Position numbers and translations under genes: made by a program
NCBI GenBank assembly: GCA_965150505.1
Contig: CBCTVZ010000001.1
Location: 3,488-67,487 of the forward strand
Source of the DNA: an uncultured Robinsoniella sp.
Lineage (GTDB): Bacteria > Bacillota > Clostridia > Lachnospirales > Lachnospiraceae
DNA: 64,000 bases
Reading direction: 5' to 3'
Notes under the pieces: model-generated
Databases searched by the model: none
What the model was told of the DNA's origin: nothing
Seen by the model: only the letters and a program-made list of their open reading frames with translations
Shown: positions 8,651-17,542 of the stretch, in pieces
Numbering within the stretch: position 1 is the stretch's first letter
How the letters are laid out: the number at the start of each line of letters is the position of its first letter

Positions 8651-11600
8651 TTATTTCTTAATATATTTTTTATAAAACTTTGTATTTTTGATAAGAGGAA
8701 GCATTTTCTTTTTGATGCTGTGCGGTATCTTATCCTGTATTGTGCGGATTCCGCCTTTCATCTTCACAGCCACTGGTTCTTTGACTGGTTCAGCCAATTT
8801 TTCCCGAAGCCATGTAAGAGAACGCGCTCTTTCTCTCTGCATGATTGCATCGACAGCGTCATAGTCGATCTCATCGAGCAGACTCTCATCCTTCATAATC
8901 TGTGCCGCATTTGGAATAAAACGTTTCTGAAGTCCAAATACATCTGCCAAAGACAAGAAACGATCCAATCCTCTGTGTTTGTTATAGATACAGATAAATG
9001 GGCGATGGAAACGAATTGCAAAACTTGCTCCATGGCAGGAATCTGTGATCAAAAATTCACAGTTTTTCAGATAATACAACCATTCTTCCGTCTGTACGTC
9101 ATTTAAAATATGATCCATATTCATCTTTTTCTTATTTTTTTCAAATGTTCCCGGTATTCCATCCAAGATATGGATTAATTTTAAATTCTTTTTCTTTGCC
9201 ACATATTGAAGCGCTTCCCGTATTTCTGGAGTCGGATCTAAGATATAGGAAAGTAAGAATTTCTCTTTTTCCTGATAACAAGAATCTGCAATCAATTCTT
9301 CAAAGACACGGTCTTCTGGCAAGAAGACTGGGTCTAATACCTGTGTTCCCTCCATGCCAAATTCTTTTTTCAATACCGTGACAGCGCTCTTTTCACGGAC
9401 AGAGATTCCTGTAAATCTTCCAAGTAACTCAGAAACTTCTTTTCTCTTTTCTGGCGGTGTGAAAGAACGGTTATGACCAAAGGATGCCGCATAGGAGATT
9501 AATCGTTTTCCTTTTTCGGCAAAATCGAAATAGTAGCTATTGCCACACCACTGATTGACACCGTAATTCCATACCTGATCTGATCCGATAACAAACGTAT
9601 CACAGTTTTGATTCAATTTTCCTATTTCTTTTAAAGGATACATCGGACTGATTGCCTTATATCTCTCATATGCAAATCTTCTGGAATGTAAGAGCGGATG
9701 CGGTTTATCCTTCTCTGAGATTCTAGGTTTTTCAATCATCAAGACAGAATATCCCAACGATTCTATCGCACGGCAAAGGGAATAATATGTCATGACACTT
9801 CCATAATTTCCTCCCGGCCATACGCCATAGATTCCAACATCGTAGTGATCTGATGCCGTATCTGTGACTGCTTTTTGCATCGTAGTCTTTTGAATCAGAT
9901 CCATAAAACGATCTCTTTTTGGATTATACGTCTTAAACGGTTTTGCAAATGGCTGTCCATGTGTCAGAATATATTCAAATTTTGCCGGCTCACACAGATT
10001 CAGACGCACTTTAATCGTCTTTAACATTTCATCTGCTTTTTTATTGTTGACTACTAAAATAGACGTTCCTTTTCCGTCTGTATAATCTGGATTATATTTC
10101 TGTATTCCCCAGAAATCGGCCAATGTCATGTCTCCTTGTCTGGAAAGACGAGAATATTTACAGATCTGGCAATGCGGCCGCACAGACAGACATGGTAAAA
10201 ATGCCCGATAGAATAAATCCTGATCTCTCGTCTTTCGATACACTTTTCCATCCTCATACTTGACCGTCATCTCTGTTGACCATCCAAAATAATCTTTATC
10301 ACGGAATCCGACGTGTGTAATTTTATGACCGCCATGCACTTCCTTTAAATATTTCTGGAATACCATCGGTGAAGGTCCGCCATGACACATCAAATCAATC
10401 GTAAATAACTGATCATAATCACGGCCAAGATAACCATACAGCCCCGCTACTTGACATGGACATCCGCAAAATAAAGCAGGCTTTCCTGATTCTAACACTT
10501 TTTTGATCTCACGGTATGTCCGTTTTGACGTACTTTGCAGATACTTAGAACCGCGCAGTTTTGCAAGTCCTTCTTTCTCATAGACAACCGTATGTTCCAG
10601 ATGAAATTGTTCGTCAAAAGCAGCTCCGCACACTGCTCCGCCTTTTTCTAAGATATCTTCTGCCACGAGTGAAAAAATTCCTCCCGATGAACTGACATCT
10701 CTTACCGGCTCTTCTGTGTATGCGGCATAACATTTTGGAACTTTCCAGTTGACATCTCTTTCGTGCGCCGCCGGACATGCCTTTAAGCATTTGCCGCAGT
10801 GAATACATTTTTCTTCATCGATGACAGGATAAAAGAAGCCTTCTTGATCCTGAACCATTGTGATCGCATCGACAGGACAGCTGTTTTCACATGCTCCACA
10901 GCCACAGCACTGGCGTTTTGCAACCGCTCGGATATCATTTGGCTGTTTCTCGTCTTTTTTTAGAGATTCTCTCAGCCATTTTATAGAAAACTCTCTTTTT
11001 TCTTCTATGATCTGATCGATTCGCTCAAAATCCATCGGCTGAAGAATCGTTTCATTTCCGAGTAATTGTTCTGCTTTTTTTACATATCGCGTTTCCAGTC
11101 CAAACGTTTTGACTAATTCTTGGAAACGGACAATTCCTCTTTTTTCATTTCCAATCACAGCCATTGGTTTATGGAACAGTAATGAAAAGTTTGTGCCTTG
11201 ACAGGAATCGGTCAATACAAACTCACAATTTTTCATATAGTACAGCCATTCTTGCACCGATGCGTCTTCTATCACCGTTCCGATGGAATCATCGATTACT
11301 TTCTTTGTCTTCTTCCATCCTTGTCCATTTCCGTCAGACAGCAGAATGACCTTCCATCCCGTTTTCTTTTTGATCTCAGCTAACACTTCATTTAACTGCG
11401 GTGTCGGATCTAAGACATAAGAAACCATGAACTTTTCGGTTTCTTTCTTTTCTACTTTTTTGATCTGTTCTTCATAGATCGCAGGGTCAGCTAAAAAGAC
11501 AGGATCTAATACAACCTCTCCATTTAGATGGAACTCTTCTTTTAAAAGCTTTGCTCCTCCCTGTTCTCTCATGGCGATCTGATCAAACTGCTGCATCAGC

Positions 11601-13981
11601 TTTATAATATGCGTATACTTAGAAGGCGGAATAAAAGATCTTGGGTGAGCAAATGACGCTCCATATGCTACTTTTTTGCGCTCTTCTTTTACAAAATCAA
11701 AGTAAAATCCAAGACCGTATCCCTTTGCCACACCGTAATTCCACACCTGATTCGATCCAAGCAAAAAGGTCTCGCAGTGGTCATTTAATTTGCTCTGATT
11801 TACATAATCATATACTGGGCTGATTGCTTTATAATTTTGATAAGCAAATCTTCTGGAAGCGTTATACGATTCATTTTTCTGTACATAGCGCTCTTTGCCT
11901 TTTTCAATCATCAAAACATCATACCCGAAAGATTCCACTGTACGGCAAAGTGCATAATAAGTCAGCATACTTCCATAATTGCTGCTCATCCATGGACCAT
12001 AGATTCCAACGTCATATTTTTTCTCTGTGGCAAACTGCCATGACTCTTTTAATGTCTTTTTCGCAATCAAGTTTTTAAAATGTTCGCAGTCTGCTTTTGG
12101 AAGATCTCCCTCACTGCTGTTTTTGCAAATCGTATATTCTTCTTTTGCGAAATCTTCCCATTTCTGTGCCAAAACTTCTTCTTTACACTCGTCAAAAAGT
12201 CTTTCCCCATTCGTACCGTTTGTAATGATCCAGTTTCGATCTGTCAAAGTCGCTCCCGGCAAAATCCATCCCAGATTTCGCATCACCGTTCTTCGCGTCT
12301 TATATGGTGGCTCACCGTGACAAGCTACATTAGAATCTACAATCTTGAAAAAGAGATCCTCCTCTTTTTTTCTTTCATATTTTTTTCCGTCTTTATACAG
12401 AATCTGAATTGCCTTTTCCTCATCCACGTCAAAACGAATCTGTGAAATTTCTTTTTTGCCATGAACTTCTCTTATATACCGTTTCCAAATTTCAGACAAA
12501 CTATTTTCTTTTTCTAATACGGTCACAGCTGTCAGGTTTTCGTACACTTTTCCTAATTCCTGATACAATCTGTCTATTTGAGTCTGTGTTCCAAAGAATA
12601 AGACATTCTCTTTCTTTTCCAATGTCTCTTTGATCTGATTCCAGTCAAATTCCTGATCTGCCAAATATGCTGGAATCTTTAAGATCTCCTCTAGTTCACT
12701 GTCTATTTTCTGTTTTTGGATTTTAACAGACCAGTCTTCATCAAACGATGGCAGATAAACCGTTGTCCCCTTCTCCAGTTCTTTTTGAATCACTGTTTTT
12801 TTCAGCTGATCTAATTTCTGAATCGTATATCCGCTGCGCGCTGTCTTGTTGCTTTGTCCAATTTTTGAAATCGTCTCTTTTTTATAAGACAGAGCATTTT
12901 TCAGCCATTTCCATGAACGTTCCCGTTCAGAATCCATGATTTTTTGAATTTTATCATAGTCCATCGGTGTCAGAAGATGTTCTTCTTCCATAATTTTCTT
13001 CGGATCTAAGATATAACGATCTTCAATCTGAAACAGTTTTGTCAGACTTTCAAATCGATCTAAGCCACGCCCTCTGTTTCCAATACATACAAATGGTCTT
13101 TTAAAAACAAGTGCAAAACTTGCGCCATGACAAGAATCGGTGATGACAAATTGACTATGTTTTATATAATACAGCCAATCTTGTGTCTCCAGATTTTCCA
13201 CGACGTTGTCCAGATTTAATTTTTCTTTATTGCTCTCAAATTTCGACTGAATCCCATCCAGCATATTGATCAGCTTCAGATTCAATTTCTTTGCCGCATA
13301 CTGAAGCGCTTCTCTGATTTCTGGTGTCGGGTCTAAGATGTAGGAGACAAGATATTTTTCTTCTTCTTTGTGAGAAGATTCTTCTGTAATCTCGTCAAAA
13401 ATCTCAGGATCAGCAAGAAAGACTGGATCTAGCACACGCACGGCATCCACGCCAAATTCTTTTTTTAGAACGGAGACTGCTCCTGTCTCACGAACAGACA
13501 GAAAATCAAATCTTCGGAATAAATCTTCTATTTCCTGTGCTTCGTCATAAGGTGTAAAGGAAACTGCATGACCAAAGGAAGAGGCATAGGAAATCAGTCG
13601 CTTATCGTCATCTGCAAAATGAAGATAAAAGCTCTTTCCAAATCCTCTGCTGATTCCATAATTCCAGATCTGATCGCATCCCATCACAAATGTATCACAG
13701 CATTCGTTCAGTTTTTCCAGATCATAATAAGCAAAATCTTTTGTGACTGCCTCATAATGACGCTCTGCAAATCTGTCTGAATGGGTGAGCGGACGCTCTT
13801 CTTTTCCTTCCTGCTTCATTTCTGGGCTGATCAGCAAAGCAGAAAGCCCCAATGACGTAATACAGCGATACAGAGCATAATACGTGGCAATTCCGCCATA
13901 ATTTTCTCCCTTCCACACGCCATAGATTGCCGCATCAAACTTTTCTTGCTCTACATCCTTTGGGGTGATAAATCTACTCAT
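8651..13981 (-). CDS. 1776-aa multidomain protein. Domain order: pyruvyl transferase, unknown ~280-aa region, pyruvyl transferase, FrhB-like 4Fe-4S/flavin domain, pyruvyl transferase.
   Basis: The PS-pyruvyl-transferase pattern occurs three times, near aa 15, 653 and 1378: (Y)D(V/A)GIYG.W...NYG...TYY(A/S)L... (G)(C/S)(D/N)Q(I/V)WNYG ...SYILDPTP...ITDSC(H/Q)G. A ferredoxin-type CCGCGACENSCP...CIHCGKCLKACP followed by an FrhB-like region (GGIFSL..., GCPCQVAGL) lies at aa ~1018-1370. Confidence 0.8.
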   Translation of the reverse strand: MSRFITPKDVEQEKFDAAIYGVWKGENYGGIATYYALYRCITSLGLSALLISPEMKQEGKEERPLTHSDRFAERHYEAVTKDFAYYDLEKLNECCDTFVMGCDQIWNYGISRGFGKSFYLHFADDDKRLISYASSFGHAVSFTPYDEAQEIEDLFRRFDFLSVRETGAVSVLKKEFGVDAVRVLDPVFLADPEIFDEITEESSHKEEEKYLVSYILDPTPEIREALQYAAKKLNLKLINMLDGIQSKFESNKEKLNLDNVVENLETQDWLYYIKHSQFVITDSCHGASFALVFKRPFVCIGNRGRGLDRFESLTKLFQIEDRYILDPKKIMEEEHLLTPMDYDKIQKIMDSERERSWKWLKNALSYKKETISKIGQSNKTARSGYTIQKLDQLKKTVIQKELEKGTTVYLPSFDEDWSVKIQKQKIDSELEEILKIPAYLADQEFDWNQIKETLEKKENVLFFGTQTQIDRLYQELGKVYENLTAVTVLEKENSLSEIWKRYIREVHGKKEISQIRFDVDEEKAIQILYKDGKKYERKKEEDLFFKIVDSNVACHGEPPYKTRRTVMRNLGWILPGATLTDRNWIITNGTNGERLFDECKEEVLAQKWEDFAKEEYTICKNSSEGDLPKADCEHFKNLIAKKTLKESWQFATEKKYDVGIYGPWMSSNYGSMLTYYALCRTVESFGYDVLMIEKGKERYVQKNESYNASRRFAYQNYKAISPVYDYVNQSKLNDHCETFLLGSNQVWNYGVAKGYGLGFYFDFVKEERKKVAYGASFAHPRSFIPPSKYTHIIKLMQQFDQIAMREQGGAKLLKEEFHLNGEVVLDPVFLADPAIYEEQIKKVEKKETEKFMVSYVLDPTPQLNEVLAEIKKKTGWKVILLSDGNGQGWKKTKKVIDDSIGTVIEDASVQEWLYYMKNCEFVLTDSCQGTNFSLLFHKPMAVIGNEKRGIVRFQELVKTFGLETRYVKKAEQLLGNETILQPMDFERIDQIIEEKREFSIKWLRESLKKDEKQPNDIRAVAKRQCCGCGACENSCPVDAITMVQDQEGFFYPVIDEEKCIHCGKCLKACPAAHERDVNWKVPKCYAAYTEEPVRDVSSSGGIFSLVAEDILEKGGAVCGAAFDEQFHLEHTVVYEKEGLAKLRGSKYLQSTSKRTYREIKKVLESGKPALFCGCPCQVAGLYGYLGRDYDQLFTIDLMCHGGPSPMVFQKYLKEVHGGHKITHVGFRDKDYFGWSTEMTVKYEDGKVYRKTRDQDLFYRAFLPCLSVRPHCQICKYSRLSRQGDMTLADFWGIQKYNPDYTDGKGTSILVVNNKKADEMLKTIKVRLNLCEPAKFEYILTHGQPFAKPFKTYNPKRDRFMDLIQKTTMQKAVTDTASDHYDVGIYGVWPGGNYGSVMTYYSLCRAIESLGYSVLMIEKPRISEKDKPHPLLHSRRFAYERYKAISPMYPLKEIGKLNQNCDTFVIGSDQVWNYGVNQWCGNSYYFDFAEKGKRLISYAASFGHNRSFTPPEKRKEVSELLGRFTGISVREKSAVTVLKKEFGMEGTQVLDPVFLPEDRVFEELIADSCYQEKEKFLLSYILDPTPEIREALQYVAKKKNLKLIHILDGIPGTFEKNKKKMNMDHILNDVQTEEWLYYLKNCEFLITDSCHGASFAIRFHRPFICIYNKHRGLDRFLSLADVFGLQKRFIPNAAQIMKDESLLDEIDYDAVDAIMQRERARSLTWLREKLAEPVKEPVAVKMKGGIRTIQDKIPHSIKKKMLPLIKNTKFYKKYIKK

Positions 13982-13996
13982 ATTGCTTCCTCTCTT

Positions 13997-15094
13997 TTAT
14001 AATTCTTCATTTACAAGTGCCAGCGCTGCTTCAATTACTTTATCCATATCATAATATTTATAATTTCCAAGTCTTCCGCCAAAAATAACGTTGCTTTCTT
14101 TGTCAGCCAGCGCTCTGTATTTTTCAAACAGACTATTATTTTTCTCATCATTGATTGGATAATATGGCTCAATGCCCGGCTTCCACTCCGAAGAATATTC
14201 TCTTGAAATTACCGTTGTTTTCTGTTTGCCAAATTCAAAATGTTTATGTTCAATCACTCTTGTATAAGGCACTTCTCTGTCTGTATAGTTTACAACGGCA
14301 TTTCCCTGATAGTTTTCACAATCTAATTCTTCTGTCTCAAACCGTACGGTGCGGTACTGCAGCGTTCCAAGCTGATAATGATAAAATTCATCGATCATAC
14401 CTGTAAAAATCGTTTTTTCTGCGACATCCTGATTGTTCTGAATAAATTCAAAATAATCGGTATCCAGTTTCACATCGATACCATCCAGCATCTTTTCTAC
14501 GATTTTTGTATAGCCTCCTATCGGGATTCCCTGATAGCGGTCGTTAAAATAATTGTTGTCATAAGTAAAACGCAGCGGAAGACGCTTAATGATAAAGGAT
14601 GGCAATTCTGTACATGGTCTTCCCCACTGTTTTTCTGTATATCCTTTCACTAATTTTTCATACACATCTCTTCCCACAAGAGACAGCGCCTGCTCTTCCA
14701 GATTTTTTGGCTCTGTGATATTCAATTCTGCAATCTGCTCTGCAATTTTTGCCTTTGCTTCATCCGGTGTACGGATTCCCCATAATTTACTGAAAGTATT
14801 CATGTTAAAAGGCATATTGTATAATTCATCTTTGTAAATGGCAATCGGAGAATTGATATAGTTATTAAATTCTGCAAACTGATTAATATATTCCCAGACT
14901 TCTTTATTGCTAGTATGGAAAATATGAGCGCCGTAGCGGTGAACATTGATTCCATTTCTATTTTCGCAGTAAATATTTCCTCCAATATGATTTCGTTTAT
15001 CAATCACAAGACATTTTTTTCCTCTTTTTTTCGCTTCGTATGCGAATACGCTCCCAAACAATCCAGCGCCGACAATTAAATAATCGTATCTCAT
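13997..15094 (-). CDS. glf: UDP-galactopyranose mutase
   Basis: YDYLIVGAGLFGSVFAYEAKKRGKKCLVIDKRNHIGGN, HRYGAHIFHT and GRLGNYKYYDMD. The likely start is ATG 15094, after AGGAGG. Confidence 0.95.
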   Translation of the reverse strand: MRYDYLIVGAGLFGSVFAYEAKKRGKKCLVIDKRNHIGGNIYCENRNGINVHRYGAHIFHTSNKEVWEYINQFAEFNNYINSPIAIYKDELYNMPFNMNTFSKLWGIRTPDEAKAKIAEQIAELNITEPKNLEEQALSLVGRDVYEKLVKGYTEKQWGRPCTELPSFIIKRLPLRFTYDNNYFNDRYQGIPIGGYTKIVEKMLDGIDVKLDTDYFEFIQNNQDVAEKTIFTGMIDEFYHYQLGTLQYRTVRFETEELDCENYQGNAVVNYTDREVPYTRVIEHKHFEFGKQKTTVISREYSSEWKPGIEPYYPINDEKNNSLFEKYRALADKESNVIFGGRLGNYKYYDMDKVIEAALALVNEEL

Positions 15095-15113
15095 ACACAT
15101 CCTCCTATTCCTA

Positions 15114-17444
15114 CTACTTTTTACTGATTTTTCTTTTTATTTTATGCAGTACATTTTTCACAGGTTTGTGAACTCTTTTTACCTGCTGTTTCATTTCTTC
15201 CTGTTTTGGAATGACAACGTGATACGTCTGATCTGGTTTTTCTGTTATTCTGCTGTCTATTTTTTCATATGCAGTCAAATAATCGACTGACTTTGGCTGA
15301 AATAACATATCATGCAACCATTTTCTGCTTCGTTTTCTCTCTTCATTTAAAATTCTTCTGCTCTGCGTATAATCCATATGCTGTAATAACTCTCTTCTCT
15401 TTTCTAAATCCTTTGGATTCATCAGCATACGATCCCGCATCTGGAACAGATCCAAAAGAGAGTGAAAACGTGACAGCCCTCTTTGAGGGTTTCCAAAACA
15501 TACAAAATCTTTCTGAAACAAGATTGCAAAACTTGCGCCATGACAAGAATCTGTGATGACAAAGCTGCTGTTTTTCAGATAGAAAATCCAATCTTGTACC
15601 TCCAGATTTTCCACGACATTTTCAAGCCCTAACTGCTCTTTATTTCTCTCAAAGTTCCATGGCATTCCATCTACCATATTGATCACTTTTTTATTTAATA
15701 TTCGAGATGCAAACAAAATCGCTTCTCTCTTTTCTGGTGTTGGATCTAGAATATACGTCGCAATATAGTCTTTTTCTTTTTTTCGCTTTGACTCCTCTGC
15801 AATTTCATCAAAAATGCCAGGATGAACAGCAAAAACCGGATCTAATACATGCTCTGCTTTCAGACCGAATGTTTCATTGACAATGCGCACTCCGTCCGCT
15901 TCTCTTAAAGAAATTCCGTCAAAGCGTTCCAACAGTCCCTTTGTTGTTCCTATTTCTACCACAGGGGCAAAAAATGTTTCATGACCAAAAGAAGCAGCAT
16001 ACGCAATCTTCTTTTTCTCTTCTTCTACAAAGTCAAAAAAGAAACTGCGGCCAAAATTGGATGAAATTCCATAATTCCACACCTGATCTGAGCCAATCAC
16101 AAAACTGTCGCACTGTCTGTTTAAATCTTTCAAAGCCCAAATTGGCATAGACGGCGCAATATCACGATAATGGCTAAGAGAAAATCTTCTGGCATGATTA
16201 TCTCCAAGTTCTGGATCATTCTCCATCAATTTTGGTTTATCAATCATGAGTACCGATAGCCCAAAGGACTGAATCAGACGATAGAGCGAATAATATGTCA
16301 TCAAACTTCCATAATTGCATCCAAACCAAACGCCCATGATCCCCACATCATATTTCTTTTCCGAAGCATATACATATGCTTTTTGAAGTGAATTTTTAGA
16401 TGCCAGCTCATAGAAACGCTCTCTTTGAGGATTCTGTATCGCTTCATTTTTCAAAAGTTTTGTCTCTTGTTTTGCATAGTCAAGAGGCACTTCTCTTATT
16501 TTTTCCAGCTTCTCTTTTATATCTTCAAAGATCTTTTTTCCTTTTTCTGTGTTGACAAACACAGCGGAAACACCGGCATGGTGGGCAAACGTCTCATCAT
16601 ACCGCTCTATTCCCCAAAAGTCTGCTAATGTCAAGTCGGATACTCTCTTCCATGTGCGATAAGAACAAGTCTCACAGCATTTGCGAATATCCAGCCTTTC
16701 AAAATAAGCCTTTAACAAAATATCCTGATCTTTAGAGCGATGATATACACTTCCATCTTCAAATTCTGCCGCCATTGCCGAAAACCAGCCTGACACTTTT
16801 TTACTGCGGAAAGAAATCTTTTTGATTTTTTTCTCTTTTAAAATCTCTTTTTTATATTTTTCAAAAATACATGGGGAGCTGACACCCATACAGTCAAAAT
16901 CGACGGTAATCAAATGTTCTCTTTCCTTTGTACTGTTTAAAAGTCCTGCGGTCTGACACGGCGTTCCGCAAAATAATACTGTCCTTTTCTGCTCCAGATA
17001 CTTCCGAATCGTCTCATAGATGTGTTTCGTATCACTCTGTACATATTTCAATCCCTGAAGCTTCCAGATCTCTTCTTCTCTTTCAATGATCTGATGTTCA
17101 GCCTGAAATCGTTCATTCCATCCACATCCGCAGACAACTCCGCCCTCTTGTATTACTTTTTGGGCAAGGAGAGGGAAAATTCCTCCTGATGCGCTGTCTT
17201 CGCACGTTTTTTCTGGCGCGTACGCTGCATAAAGCTGTATTGGTTCTGACTCTGGAGTTAATCTCTGCAATGCTGGACAGACACTGAGACATTTTCCACA
17301 TTCTTTGCAAAGATTTTCATTGATATCTGGATAATAAAATCCCATTCCGTCTGATTTCATCATGATTGCTTTTTCAGCACAGCTGTCATAACAGCTTCCA
17401 CATCCAGTACATTCATTTTCTTTTAACTGCCTGATATTCTTCAT
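15114..17444 (-). CDS. Fusion of an FrhB-like (coenzyme F420 hydrogenase beta-like) 4Fe-4S domain and a polysaccharide pyruvyl transferase
   Basis: N-terminus CTGCGSCYDSCAEKAI...CKECGKCLSVCP, GGIFPLL and GTPCQTAGL. C-terminus YDVGIMGVWFGCNYGSLMTYYSLY, GSDQVWNYG, TYILDPTP and ITDSCHGASF. It is paralogous to the domains of the 1776-aa protein. Confidence 0.85.
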   Translation of the reverse strand: MKNIRQLKENECTGCGSCYDSCAEKAIMMKSDGMGFYYPDINENLCKECGKCLSVCPALQRLTPESEPIQLYAAYAPEKTCEDSASGGIFPLLAQKVIQEGGVVCGCGWNERFQAEHQIIEREEEIWKLQGLKYVQSDTKHIYETIRKYLEQKRTVLFCGTPCQTAGLLNSTKEREHLITVDFDCMGVSSPCIFEKYKKEILKEKKIKKISFRSKKVSGWFSAMAAEFEDGSVYHRSKDQDILLKAYFERLDIRKCCETCSYRTWKRVSDLTLADFWGIERYDETFAHHAGVSAVFVNTEKGKKIFEDIKEKLEKIREVPLDYAKQETKLLKNEAIQNPQRERFYELASKNSLQKAYVYASEKKYDVGIMGVWFGCNYGSLMTYYSLYRLIQSFGLSVLMIDKPKLMENDPELGDNHARRFSLSHYRDIAPSMPIWALKDLNRQCDSFVIGSDQVWNYGISSNFGRSFFFDFVEEEKKKIAYAASFGHETFFAPVVEIGTTKGLLERFDGISLREADGVRIVNETFGLKAEHVLDPVFAVHPGIFDEIAEESKRKKEKDYIATYILDPTPEKREAILFASRILNKKVINMVDGMPWNFERNKEQLGLENVVENLEVQDWIFYLKNSSFVITDSCHGASFAILFQKDFVCFGNPQRGLSRFHSLLDLFQMRDRMLMNPKDLEKRRELLQHMDYTQSRRILNEERKRSRKWLHDMLFQPKSVDYLTAYEKIDSRITEKPDQTYHVVIPKQEEMKQQVKRVHKPVKNVLHKIKRKISKK

Positions 17445-17542
17445 TGCATTTCCTCTTTTATCTGATCTGCTTTTTGCAGATAAATGGAAGTCCCCTGCCC
17501 ATTCGTCTTGTGGAAGCGGGGGACTTTCTATATTTTATTCTT

